Assembly (NCBI GenBank): GCA_963796965.1
Contig: CAWCNS010000005.1
Coordinates: 352,001 to 416,000 of the forward strand
Origin: Calditrichia bacterium
GTDB lineage: Bacteria > Calditrichota > Calditrichia > JAJRVZ01
DNA length: 64,000 nt
Direction: 5' to 3'
Numbering within the stretch: the first letter of the stretch is position 1; every line of letters begins with the position of its first letter. Under the pieces are notes generated by a model. It had not been told where the DNA came from and did not search any database. It was given only the letters and a program-made list of their open reading frames with translations. Positions 42,692 to 53,595 of the stretch are shown piece by piece. The translations under genes were made by a program, and so were the position numbers.

Positions 42692-44086
42692 TTAAAATAA
42701 AATATAAGGTATCTGGAAAACACAAAAATATCCGAATACGAGGAACGAAATTAAGAGGAAAACAGCCAAACTCCAGTGAGGTCTAATTATTTTGTAAATC
42801 TCTTTTGGAAACATTCTGGGTAATACCCAAAAAAGACCAACGGCAACCCATATGGCCTGAAATGGTGTTAACAACAAACCATCTAATATGGCGCCCATCT
42901 TAACTAAAAAGACGGGTTTGAATCCCAGAGTGAAGACAATAACAATGTTGGTAATAAAGAAGAGTACTAAAAATATTCTGTATTGGGCTTTCCATTCAAA
43001 TTTTTTCTGAAATGCAGGGATACAGATCCTAAAAGTATCCGCCAGAAGTCTCGGCCAGCCTGCCAATTGGGCCAGAAGCGTACCAATAAGCGCGACAGCA
43101 CCGGTGATAATAAAAAGAGTTCCTCCAACCACTCCCCATTGTGTCGAAAATATCGTAGAAAGTGATACGACAACATCTGCACCTTCTGGTGCTAACTCAT
43201 TTGGTCTTAAAATACCAGCGCCTGCTATGAGAAAACTAAGGGTTACAATAATGGTTATCACCATGGCAGTTGTAGCATCTACATTGATGACACGCGTCCA
43301 ACCCTTAACCTTTACCGCATCCTCCTGACTCAGATTATTGAGCATTTCAAGATTGGCCGATTTGCCAAAAACACCTGCTTTGTTTATGCCATACCCTGCA
43401 CCAATCACCCAATAAGAATACCAAACCTGGCTGGCAAACCCTCCGGCCGCCCAACCCATTAACGGTAATATTTCCCGCCAGGGATTCGGATTAATTCCCG
43501 CCTTATCAATCGCCCAGGCTGGAACCTCAGGAATATTAAACATAAAACCTTGTAAAAATCCTGCCAGATCCGGCATTACCGTTCCGGCAACATACAAGAC
43601 ACCGAGAATTATAATGAGTACCAGAAAGCTCATAATCATTCTTAATAAATTAAATCCTCCTGACCAGGCTACAAAAAGGGCAAATAAAGATATCACCCAT
43701 CCTGCCAATTGAGCGGAAAGAGGCAAAAGGTGATGAAGGAAGATTCCTGCAGCCGTGGCGATGGAACCGATGGCAATTGCCGCGCTGATTAGTTGTACAA
43801 CCAACACGATCCAAACGACCCAGTTCTTTGGACCCGGTATACGGGCGAACATATCAATCATTCCTTCACCCGTACAAACAGCATATCGTGCACCACCAAG
43901 CCCGATCACAAACTTAAGGAAAATGCCAATAATGATCGCCCACATGACACCAGTACCAAGAATGGCGCCTACCCGCGTGGTCAAAATCACTTCTCCCGAC
44001 CCAATCATCTCTGAACACCAGACCAAGCCCGGTCCGATAAGAGCAAGAACGGCAATGCCTTTTGGTGGTTTTTTTATATCAGTCAT
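42692..44086 (-). CDS. NRAMP-fold permease (IGSGE subgroup)
   Basis: IGPGLVWCSEMIGSGE motif. Probable true ATG at 44086 with AAGGAG upstream, and the track's extra N-terminus is repeat-derived. Confidence 0.8.
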   Translation of the reverse strand: MTDIKKPPKGIAVLALIGPGLVWCSEMIGSGEVILTTRVGAILGTGVMWAIIIGIFLKFVIGLGGARYAVCTGEGMIDMFARIPGPKNWVVWIVLVVQLISAAIAIGSIATAAGIFLHHLLPLSAQLAGWVISLFALFVAWSGGFNLLRMIMSFLVLIIILGVLYVAGTVMPDLAGFLQGFMFNIPEVPAWAIDKAGINPNPWREILPLMGWAAGGFASQVWYSYWVIGAGYGINKAGVFGKSANLEMLNNLSQEDAVKVKGWTRVINVDATTAMVITIIVTLSFLIAGAGILRPNELAPEGADVVVSLSTIFSTQWGVVGGTLFIITGAVALIGTLLAQLAGWPRLLADTFRICIPAFQKKFEWKAQYRIFLVLFFITNIVIVFTLGFKPVFLVKMGAILDGLLLTPFQAIWVAVGLFWVLPRMFPKEIYKIIRPHWSLAVFLLISFLVFGYFCVFQIPYILF

Positions 44087-44124
44087 GTTATCAATCGTTC
44101 TCCTTGTCAATAAATAAAAATTTG

Positions 44125-44280
44125 ATACGGGATGTTGGTGTCTCGGTACTTGGTTCTCGGTTTGGGTACGGTGGACACAATTGGACATTGATGAATCGGT
44201 GGAAACATAGCGACCCGACGGGATCCGCCCCTACATAAAATTGACTATTGAATGTTCCGTGTTGATTATTGAATATTTAA
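44125..44280. repeat. Heptamer array, GTAG-type REP and AATATTC element
   Basis: gatacgggatgttggtgtctcggtacttggttctcggt, gcgacccgacgggatccgcccctac, ttgactattgaatgttccgtgttgattattgaatatt. Confidence 0.7.
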
Positions 44281-45833
44281 TATATGCCCGGCATTTACTT
44301 TTTCATAGGACTGTGATAATTCTTTTACTCTTTGTGGATATTGTTCAGCTAAATTTTCCAATTCCGTTGGATCTTCAATAATATTATACAATTCCCAGGG
44401 GCCATTATTGACTCTTACAATTTTATAATCTCCTTTCCTGAACATCCTAAATTTTTCCATTCCGGAAATAAAATATTCAGGTACAGCACGATGTTTCCCC
44501 TGAAAAACAGGGAGTAAAGATTTTCCATGATAGGGTATCGTAGAGACGCCGTTTATAGAATCAGGATAAGATAAATTCAATACATCAAGAAAAGTCGGTG
44601 CAATATCAACGACATGGCCAGGCTGGTCTGTAATTGAACCAGGCTCAACAACCCCTGGCCAATAAACAATAAATGGGGTATGACTTCCTCCCTCATGGCC
44701 AAACTGTTTATATTGCCGATACGGCGTATTTCCCAAATTTGCCCAGGTGGCGCGTAGACTCCAATAGGAATTTGCCGGCCCCGGAGGTACATCCTTAACC
44801 CTATTTGTATAATAGGGGCAAGAACCATTATCAATAAGGAATATCACCAATGTATTTTCCAATTTTCCATTTTCTTCAAGTTTCCGGAGCACCCTGCCAA
44901 TATTTTGATCCATACGGTCTACCATTGCCGCAAAAACTGACATCTCTAAATCAAGGGAATCTTTGCGGATATCTGATAAACTCTCCCATTCATAGTAATT
45001 TACATAGTTGGCTGTTAGCGGTCCTCTGTATTTATTAAGATTTCCTTCCGGTGGGCTTAGCTTTGCGTTTTTAGGCAGGACACCCAATTTCTGCATTCTT
45101 TTAAAACGCTCTTTTCTTAGTTTATCCCAGCCCTTTAAATATCTTCCTCTATATTTTGCGATATCCTCAGGTCTGGCCTGTAAAGGAAAATGTGCAGCGT
45201 GAAAGGGTAGATAAAGAAAAAACGGTCCCTCTTTTTCAAAGGCCTGATCCAGCCATTTTAAAGCATAATCCGTAATAAAATCTGTCTTGTACATGGGAGA
45301 TTTATCATATTCGATTTCATCAGCAGTTATCTCCCTGCCTTCAAGATAAAATGGCCGCTGAAATTTACCTGAGGGAGGCAAAAAATATTCTGTGGTTGCC
45401 CAAAAATAAAATGAATGATCAAAGACATTTTCAGCCTTGCAATAATCCGGTATCCATTTGTCAAAATGCTCCTTACCGCTCATAATATTATAGTATCCGG
45501 CCTCTTTGGTCAATTCGGCAATATGAACGGCACCCGGGCCTCCTTTATAGAGTCCGGTAAGCAGTGAAGAGCGTGTAGGATTGCACTTTGCCATATTATA
45601 AAAGGTCTTAAATCTCAGATCCTTCCTTCGCTAACCGGTCAATATTTGGTGTTTGGATTTCCCCGCCATAGCATCCAATATCAGAGATCCCTACATCATC
45701 AGCCATAATCAGGATGATATTTGGATTTCTTTAGGAGCTGATCAGTAACATTACAACCGGGTAAGACCATGAATAATAGTAGATTGCCAATTACAAGCAG
45801 AAAAATTGGAGTAAGTGATTTCATATATTTCAT
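44266..45833 (-). CDS. S1 arylsulfatase (Cys-type), two N-terminal frameshifts
   Basis: Restored [32 protein letters not shown] and CNPTR motif, paralog of 38805-40413. Confidence 0.88.
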
Positions 45834-45991
45834 ACCTTTATGAATAACTTTCGTTTAATCCAATAGATTCCCAGCATAGTCGATTAAGCTCTAATATATT
45901 GTCATCCTGCAGGGATCTTCCTTCGTTTCTATGTGGCTATCGAATATTCAATTTAATCTTATCTGACAAGACAGTAATCATCAGAATAATA

Positions 45992-47473
45992 TTAAAAGAT
46001 GCCCTTATTGTTATTTTTTGCAGCGTTTAAAGATGCGCCAGGCATTTCGCCCCGTACGCCATGCTGATAGGTCCTTATATAACCCGGCTCCATCAGATAC
46101 CAATCCTTGGTAAGATTGTCCGGAATATTATCACCCGTTACTTCCATCCATTTTATTAAGATCGTTCGCATCTCAAATAAGGCAGATTGATATTCTGGAA
46201 CTGAAACAACATTCAGCAATTGAAGTGAATCATGACGACAATCATATAATTCCTCCCGGGGTCTTGGTGCCATAAAATAATCAGCTTGTATAGCAGTAAG
46301 ATTCCCTTGAGCTTGCAGCGATTTTAGTTCTTTATATGATGGACTTCCTATAGCATCGGCAGGTCCCAGTTGAGGGTGATTCGGTCTTGAATTGCGTATA
46401 TACATAAAATATTTATTGCGTACCATGCGTTCGTGGGCTTCATAATCGTGCCAATTATGTTCAGCGAAAACATGATTTCTGAATGGCTCGTCAGGATTGG
46501 TCAGGAGTTGTTCAAAACTATATCCCTGAAATGCTTCCGGCACTTCAATTCCGGCACATTTTAATATGGTGGGTGCGATATCAATCACACTAACAAGACT
46601 CTTACAAATCTTACCACTTGCTTTAATTTTATCAGGCCAGTAAACAACAAAAGGCGTTTTCATCCCCCTATCATTAACGCGGGTTTTACTTTGAGGGAAC
46701 GGCCTTCCGTTGTCGGCCATTATAATAATGATTGTATTATCAAGAACCCCTTGCTCTTTTACCTCATTGATCACTTCACCAACATAATAGTCAAACCTTT
46801 TCACCTCATCGTAATACTGAGCAAAATCTTTTCTGGTCGCTTCTCCATCGGCTAAATAAAATGGAGGTGTGATGTTTTTTGGATCATGGGTACCACTAAA
46901 TTGGTTTGGCCCCCAATTACGATGGGCATCTCTTGAGGCTAACCACAAAAAGAATGGCTTGTTTCTCGGCCTTTCACGGAGTATTTTCACCCAGTTCTTT
47001 TGACCACCATCTCCTATATCCGATCCTTTTAAATCCATCACGTCGAAACCTCTTTCGGCGTATTTTCCCATATGGAATTTGCCCGCCTGCCCGCTATAAT
47101 AATCATGCCTTCGTAATACTTCCGGAAAGGAGATCATCTCAATTGGTGGTTGGGTATGCAATTCTGCAGCCCCTGTATTGTGTGGATAACGACCGGTTAT
47201 AATGCTATTTCTACTTGGGCTACAGGAACTGGCGGTGAGGTAGACATTGGTAAATCTGATTCCCATTGTCGCGAGCTTGTCAATATTTGGTGTTTTAACA
47301 TCGGTATTACCATAGCACCCGAAGTCATCCCAGCTGATATCATCAGCAATAAAAATGACAAAATTGGGTTTTATATCTTGCCCGAAAATATGCATCCCCA
47401 ATGACACATATATCAAAAAGAAAAAAACCGTCTTATGGAATATTTTACTACTCATTTTTATTGAACGATTCAT
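45992..47473 (-). CDS. S1 sulfatase (Cys-type), sulfamidase-like
   Basis: PNFVIFIADD, CSPSR, DNGRPFP..K and AEHNWHD motifs. Confidence 0.9.
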   Translation of the reverse strand: MNRSIKMSSKIFHKTVFFFLIYVSLGMHIFGQDIKPNFVIFIADDISWDDFGCYGNTDVKTPNIDKLATMGIRFTNVYLTASSCSPSRNSIITGRYPHNTGAAELHTQPPIEMISFPEVLRRHDYYSGQAGKFHMGKYAERGFDVMDLKGSDIGDGGQKNWVKILRERPRNKPFFLWLASRDAHRNWGPNQFSGTHDPKNITPPFYLADGEATRKDFAQYYDEVKRFDYYVGEVINEVKEQGVLDNTIIIIMADNGRPFPQSKTRVNDRGMKTPFVVYWPDKIKASGKICKSLVSVIDIAPTILKCAGIEVPEAFQGYSFEQLLTNPDEPFRNHVFAEHNWHDYEAHERMVRNKYFMYIRNSRPNHPQLGPADAIGSPSYKELKSLQAQGNLTAIQADYFMAPRPREELYDCRHDSLQLLNVVSVPEYQSALFEMRTILIKWMEVTGDNIPDNLTKDWYLMEPGYIRTYQHGVRGEMPGASLNAAKNNNKGIF

Positions 47474-47508
47474 TAACGTTAACCAGTTATCTTATATTTT
47501 TTAGCATG

Positions 47509-47641
47509 AGTGTCCTGTTTAAACTGTCAGACAAAAAACTCATCCCAACCCCTTCTCTTTCTTCGACTCCACTCAAGATGACGAGAAGGGGCCAAATTAC
47601 AAGATATATGATAATAGATCTCTATATCTTAAACGAACACT
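47509..47641. repeat. Outer IR enclosing CCCCTTCTC/GAGAAGGGG hairpin with nested CTTCGACT..GATGAC module
   Basis: agtgtcctgtttaa / ttaaacgaacact, stem 47549-47557/47583-47591, loop cttcgactccactcaagatgac. Confidence 0.7.
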
Positions 47642-47657
47642 TTTGATTTTTTTAGGT

Positions 47658-49223
47658 TTAATCAATAAATCCGATTTGTTTCCATTCTTTTTCAGCCGGA
47701 TCATTTTTTTGACGAATTCCTGGCGTGCTTCGCCCCTCAGTTATATATTTTATTAATAAGGATTTTAATTCATTCACAACAGCCCGGTTTGTATCTTGTA
47801 TATTTTTCGTTTCACCCGGATCGGATTTCAAATTGTATAACTGGATTTCAGGTAAGGATGCAATTGATAATTTATCATTAGGTTTTGGGAAACTCCATCC
47901 ACCAGAGCCCGGGCACATAATAAGTTTCCATTCTCCTTTTCTTATGGCAAAACTGCCATTTATTGAGTGGTGCACCGTTGCTTCCCTTTTGGGGTTCTCG
48001 GAAGATTTCTGCTCTAACAAAGGGAGTATACTATAGCTGTCCTCCCCTTCATTATCCAACAGGGAATACCCGACAATATCAGCACAGGTTGCCATAAAGT
48101 CGGTTGTACAAATCGTCTCTCCAGAGATTAGCCCTTTCGCAATTTTGTCGGGCCACCTGGCAATAAAGGGAACCCTGTGACCTCCTTCAAAGATATCTGC
48201 TTTATGTCCTCTAAAAATATAACTGGGATGATGTCCTTTCTCTATTAATTCATCTATTTTTGCTGCTGGTGAACAGCCATTATCACTGGTAAAAATGATC
48301 AATGTATTTGCTTCAATTCCTTCTGTCTTTACAACATCCATTAATTGTCCCATATAATCATCTATCATCATAACAAAATCACCATAAGGATTTAATTTGC
48401 TTTTATCCTGCCATTCACTTGTTGGCAATATTGGCGTATGAGGAGAAGGCAGAGCCAGGTAGAGAAAAAAAGGTGATTCTTTCCCAGACCTTCGCTTTAT
48501 TAATGATATGGCCCTTCTGAAAAAATTTGGTGTTACATCTTCGTGTATAAAATCACTTGAAGTAGGCCCCTCCCGCCACCATGAGTATTTTCCTTTATTT
48601 ACAGTTATGGTATCCGGCACCATTGTGATCAAATTGTTTTCAACATAAACATAGGGAGCCATATCCAAAGATCCGGAATGACCATAAGCATAAGTAAAGC
48701 CGAGATCATTCGGTGAATTTTTCACCGGCTTCGAAAAATCTATCTGGCTAAAATCTGCGGCATCCCAGCCATCGCCCCCAAATTCTTTTGTATCTTTTAA
48801 AGCCCAATCCCAGCCCAAATGCCATTTTCCGATAAATGCTGTATAATAACCATGCCGTTGTAAAATGGAAGCAACAGTAGGTCTACTTGATGGAATTAGA
48901 GATTTCGATTTTCCAGTCAATACACCACTTTTAAGTTTGCTTCTCCAGTTATATCTACCCGTAAGAATTCCATACCTGGTCGGTGTACAGACGGAAGATG
49001 ACGTATGCGCATCAATAAACCGGATACCGGCAGCTGCCATATTATCTAAATTAGGCGTATGAATCTTACTTTTCTCATTATAGGACGAAAGATCTCCATA
49101 TCCCAAATCATCCGCCAGTACATATATAATATTTGGATAATTAAGACGACTTCTGTCTTCTGAACAACCAAGAGAAAAAAGAAAAATACTCAGACCGGAT
49201 GCTATAAGAATGATCTTTTTCAT
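47658..49223 (-). CDS. S1 arylsulfatase A-like lipoprotein (Cys-type)
   Basis: PNIIYVLADDLGYGD, CTPTR, GKWHLG and EGGHRVP motifs. Confidence 0.93.
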   Translation of the reverse strand: MKKIILIASGLSIFLFSLGCSEDRSRLNYPNIIYVLADDLGYGDLSSYNEKSKIHTPNLDNMAAAGIRFIDAHTSSSVCTPTRYGILTGRYNWRSKLKSGVLTGKSKSLIPSSRPTVASILQRHGYYTAFIGKWHLGWDWALKDTKEFGGDGWDAADFSQIDFSKPVKNSPNDLGFTYAYGHSGSLDMAPYVYVENNLITMVPDTITVNKGKYSWWREGPTSSDFIHEDVTPNFFRRAISLIKRRSGKESPFFLYLALPSPHTPILPTSEWQDKSKLNPYGDFVMMIDDYMGQLMDVVKTEGIEANTLIIFTSDNGCSPAAKIDELIEKGHHPSYIFRGHKADIFEGGHRVPFIARWPDKIAKGLISGETICTTDFMATCADIVGYSLLDNEGEDSYSILPLLEQKSSENPKREATVHHSINGSFAIRKGEWKLIMCPGSGGWSFPKPNDKLSIASLPEIQLYNLKSDPGETKNIQDTNRAVVNELKSLLIKYITEGRSTPGIRQKNDPAEKEWKQIGFID

Positions 49224-49293
49224 TTACAAACCTTTGATTTTACTTATCCCAGAGCAAGTGCAATATTGCATGTAATAAGAAAGAATTTAATTA

Positions 49294-50418
49294 TTAATCT
49301 TCGCCCAAAAGGAATCGGATACATACCGGTTTTGAAAGAGCGATCATGGAGCTTGTTGAGGTGAGTTTTCCGGTTTTTTGATCAATTTTAAAAACGATAA
49401 CTGTATCGTTTCCCTGGTTGGCAACCAGACAAAATTTGCCAGTAGGATCAATATTAAAATTTCGTGGTGTATCAATCCCTTTTGTAGCAAATCCAGACAA
49501 TGTCAGATGTCCATTATCAGGATTTATCTGATATAGGACAATGCTGTTGTGTCCCCGGTTCGAGCCATAAAGAAATCTCCCTGAAGGATGGACACGGACT
49601 TCGGCGCATTTATTGTATGCTGTATAATCTTTTGGAAGCGTCGTAATTGTTTGGACCGGTGACAATGCCCCCGTATTCTTTTCATATTTGAAAGTGGTCA
49701 TTGTACCATTGAGTTCATTGATAACATAAGCATAGCGGCCATTTGGATGAAATGTAAAGTGCCGTGGGCCGGCACCAGGATCTAATTTCACAAAAGCCGG
49801 CTCATTTGGACTGAGGGTCCCTTTACTAATATCGAGTTTATAGATCATTATTTTATCGATTCCTAAATCGGCCACAAAAGCAAATCGATCGTCGGGGCTA
49901 ACATTGATGGAGTGCGCATGGGGTCCTTTTTGTCTATCCGGATTTATACTTGAACCCGTATGCTGTACAAACCCAGAAGGCTCTGATAAGAGACCATCTC
50001 TCTGAAGAGGCGTAACACCGGCACTGCCAGTCGTATAATTAGCCACCAGGAGATTCTTGCCGGCATGATCAATACTAAGGTGGCACGGTCCTCTACCCTG
50101 CGAAGACTGTTTATTTAAAAATATAAGGTCACCTGTGTCTGCATCAATAAAATACGCATTCAAGCCTCCTGATCCCCATGCCTCTCCCACAGCATATAGG
50201 ACTTTACCATTTGGATGGATCTCGATAAATGAGGGATTTTCTACTTCTGAAACTAAAAATGGATCGTTTAGAACACCTGTTTCCAGATCCAACCAACTGG
50301 CATAAATTCCTTTACTGGCACTTTCTCCACCCGTATAGGTACCGAAATAAACCAATATCTTTTCGGCTGAAGCAAAATTGACCAAAATAAATATGCATGA
50401 CAAAATAGTACGTAACAT
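49294..50418 (-). CDS. pgl: 6-phosphogluconolactonase / lactonase, 7-bladed beta-propeller, with signal peptide
   Basis: YFGTYT, GPCH, VANY, PHAH, ADLGID, GPRH and YGSNRG motifs. Confidence 0.85.
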   Translation of the reverse strand: MLRTILSCIFILVNFASAEKILVYFGTYTGGESASKGIYASWLDLETGVLNDPFLVSEVENPSFIEIHPNGKVLYAVGEAWGSGGLNAYFIDADTGDLIFLNKQSSQGRGPCHLSIDHAGKNLLVANYTTGSAGVTPLQRDGLLSEPSGFVQHTGSSINPDRQKGPHAHSINVSPDDRFAFVADLGIDKIMIYKLDISKGTLSPNEPAFVKLDPGAGPRHFTFHPNGRYAYVINELNGTMTTFKYEKNTGALSPVQTITTLPKDYTAYNKCAEVRVHPSGRFLYGSNRGHNSIVLYQINPDNGHLTLSGFATKGIDTPRNFNIDPTGKFCLVANQGNDTVIVFKIDQKTGKLTSTSSMIALSKPVCIRFLLGED

Positions 50419-50519
50419 TTAATTGTCTCCTATTTTTTTCTCTTTTCCCTCTTCGCTCTTTTCTCTTCTTTTCAGTTATACAACCATCTCTCAAATTTGA
50501 CAGGTTGTATGTCTAAAAA

Positions 50520-51663
50520 TTACTTTTCATAAACCACGTGACCGGATTTGACAGTCGTTTGAATCTCAATCTTGTCTTTATTATAGGCAAATAAAATCAG
50601 ATCAGCCCTTTTTCCTTCTTTGATCTCCCCAATATTGTCAAAATTTAAAAGGGTCGCTGGATTTATTGTGGCCATATCGATGGCCTCTTTTAATAGACAA
50701 CCTCCCATACAGATCATATTTGTAATGCCCTTAAATAATGGCAATGAGGCGCCGGCTAACCATTTTTCACCCGGCAGACTCACCTTGCCATTATTATGAA
50801 TTTGTATCGATTGGCCCTGCCAGGTATATATTCCGGGGGGTCTTCCAGAGAGATAGGTCAAATCGGAGATCAGGATCAGTTGATCAACACCTTTGGCACG
50901 GAAGAAAACTTTCAATTCCTCTAATGTAAGATGGAAACCATCAGCTATAATACTTGCATAAAGTTCATCAGCGGCCAACTGCGGCCAAATAGGGTTTAAA
51001 TGTCGATCCATGGGAGAGACCGCTGCATTGCCAAGATGGGTAGACAAACGGGCGCCAGCTCTTATTGCTTCCTCAATTGTATCAACATCCGCATTATGAT
51101 GACCCAGGGCGACAGTAATATCAAATTCCCGTGCTTTTCTGATCATCTCCATCGCACCATTTCTTTCCGGGGCAAGTGTGATCAATTTTATTCTTCCCGC
51201 TGCAGCGCTTTCAAATTCCAAAAACTCGATCCAATCCGGATCTCTGAGCCATTCTTTATTGTGCGCTCCGCGTGGACCATCCAATTCTGATAAGTAAGGG
51301 CCTTCTAAATGAAACCCGGGAATCATTTCAGACACCAAGGGATCGGACTCTAATCCAGCTAATAAATTCAGATTTCGAAGCAATATATTCTGCGGTGCGG
51401 TAAATAATGTGGGCAGAAAACTGGTGACACCCTGTGCCTGCAGTTTGAGAATGATAGTATAAATATCCTCTATCTCTAAATCTGCTTCTGTAAATCCTAC
51501 CCCATCATATCCATTGACCTGAATATCAATCAAACCTGGAGCAATATAATAATCAGAATTCCCATTATCCGGCCGGGTAATTTTTTCAATCAGACCATCT
51601 TCAATCTCAATTCTGATTGGTTGGCTATCCTTATAATATATCCCTTACAATATTCATAGCCAT
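50520..51663 (-). CDS. nagA: N-acetylhexosamine-6-phosphate deacetylase-like amidohydrolase, frameshift near 51645
   Basis: APGLIDIQVNG, GVTSFLPT, HLEGPY, TLAPE, THLGN and IADGFH motifs. Confidence 0.82.
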
Positions 51664-51705
51664 ACGATTCCCATGATTATCGTGCTTGAAAAATCCTTGT
51701 TGTTA

Positions 51706-51868
51706 TCTCGCAAAGACGTTAAGTCGCAAATAAAAAATTAAATATATTTTAAAACAGTAGAATTAAAATCCGAGGAAAATATACTTTAGCAGACCTTTGC
51801 GAAAGTAATAAATCCAGCTCAAGTTAATAACTTTGTGAACTTTGTGAATTCTTAGTGCTCTTTGTGTT
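51706..51868. repeat. Degenerate CGCAAAG inverted pair plus orphan CTTTGTG arm
   Basis: tctcgcaaagacgttaagtcgcaaa / ctttagcagacctttgcgaaa, then ctttgtgaactttgtgaattcttagtgctctttgtg abutting the stop. Confidence 0.7.
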
Positions 51869-53171
51869 TATCTTTTTTGAACTGGGTTGCTAAATTGAAT
51901 ATCTGCAAAGTCAAGCATTGCATTCCAATAATGAATATCCAATTGATGCTTGGTATCCCGCTGAAATTGTAACAATCTCCCTATCTCTGTTTTCCCAATG
52001 GAATCCACAACAAATCCCTCTCCAACAATACCCTTTTCGCCCAGGAACTCATATACCGGTGTAGCCGCTTTCATCCCTTCCAGGGCCAGATGGGGGGAGG
52101 CCCAGGTGTCCTTTAAACCAGCATCGTCCATGAGAGGACGCGGGGCGACCAGAGCAACTAAAAGGTGTTGATCAACGGGTAAACGGTTAACATCGTCATT
52201 AAACAATGTAAAATTATTATTGAACCAGTGAGGGAAAACATCATTAATGCGTTTTATTGTTTCATTTGGGTTCATACGGCTCAGGGCCATCCCCCCGGTT
52301 CCGGATTGATGAGGTACAACCAGATCTATCCTGTCATCCATGGCCGCAGCAAAGAGGGCTGTTTTGCCACGCCGGGACCAACCTGTAACACAAATGCGAT
52401 CTTTATCGATATCCGGATCTGATCTCAAAATAATCGACCACCCGATGCAACCCCCAGGCCCAGGCCGCAATGGTTCCCCAGCGGGTTAAACTATCACCTG
52501 GTGCATTTTTATATTTCGCATGGATACCATCCGTCCAGTCATGTTTATCCGGATCCATATCAGCGACAGCATAGGTGCCTACAGCATATCCGCGATTAAT
52601 TGAATTTTCGATAGCCCACACATGGGCTCTTTCGCCTCTTTTTGTATAATTTTCAGCTGCAACTTTCATGAACCCAATCCCTTTCAACGATAGTTATAGC
52701 ATCATTATCAACGAGCATATGATTACCACACTTATTTACGCCAATAAAGACCGGGGCAGGTCCCTTACTGATAGTTGGAACAAAAAGGGCCAGATTAATT
52801 TTATGCTCTGCCCCATCGGGCAGTAGCATATGAATAACAACTTCTTTGTAGGTCGCTTTACCGTCAAAAAAGTTTGGGTCCGTTTTGACGATCTCAAAGG
52901 TCATCTCTGGTGCAGGTGGGAGATATCCGAATACATAATGCTGAAAAAGTTTTTTTAATTCCGGACGGCGTTTACTATACCAATCCTCCTGAGTTTCAAT
53001 CCGTGTCCCATCGATCATGATAAATGGATCAGGTAATGTAAGTTGTTCAGGCAGGTCTTTAGCTGCCGGCAGTTCTTCAATTTCAGGCAACTGACCATTA
53101 CATGATAATAATAATACAATGAGAAAACTGAGAAATACTAAAGTTTTAATACTTTTTGTCCATGATTTCAT
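51868..53171 (-). CDS. CE15-like glucuronoyl esterase lipoprotein, two frameshifts
   Basis: LPDPF...W..KRR.E, WGTIAAWAWG, GWSRRGK nucleophile motif, SGTGG and LPVDQH.L.ALVAPRP, in three ORF pieces. Confidence 0.85.
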
Positions 53172-53280
53172 CTTTTTATCTCCAGGTTAATTACATTGAA
53201 ATGTTAAAATTCTTAATATATTTTCCATTTTATTTAATAGTTTAGATGACTTAAAAAACACTACTTTGATAGGAGGGCAC

Positions 53281-53390
53281 AATCTAATTCCCCCTTTGAA
53301 CGGTTGTTGCAGATTAGTTAATTATAACACAAGTTTGTACTTATTTTTTTCGAATAAGCAAAATCTATTCCCCCTTTGAAAGGGGGAATT
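53281..53390. repeat. TTCCCCCTTTGAAAGGGGGAA hairpin and its partial direct copy
   Basis: aatctaattccccctttgaa (53281-53300) and aatctattccccctttgaaagggggaatt (53362-53390). Confidence 0.75.
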
Positions 53391-53471
53391 AATAGGAAGT
53401 TCTTCTAAAAGTGCGGCCCTATCTATTTCTCACATATATTTACGCATCAAAAAAACTAAATAAAACATAAC

Positions 53472-53556
53472 TTGATTTTATATGTTGGTTTTACTACTTT
53501 TCAATTCACTCAATAGTAAAATAATAAGTTACGTGATATTAATCAATTCACTCAAT
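53472..53556 (+). promoter_or_regulatory. Sigma70-like promoter with two identical 14-bp boxes
   Basis: TTGATT (53472-53477), N17, TACTTT (53495-53500). TCAATTCACTCAAT at 53501 and 53543. Confidence 0.6.
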
Positions 53557-53595
53557 TATTAATAATTCTTATTTTATCAAAGAAGGAATAAGTTA

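Noticed and set aside
44087..44188. N-terminal extension of the permease ORF to 44188
   Set aside because: It is encoded by a heptamer array. A good RBS and ATG lie at 44086.
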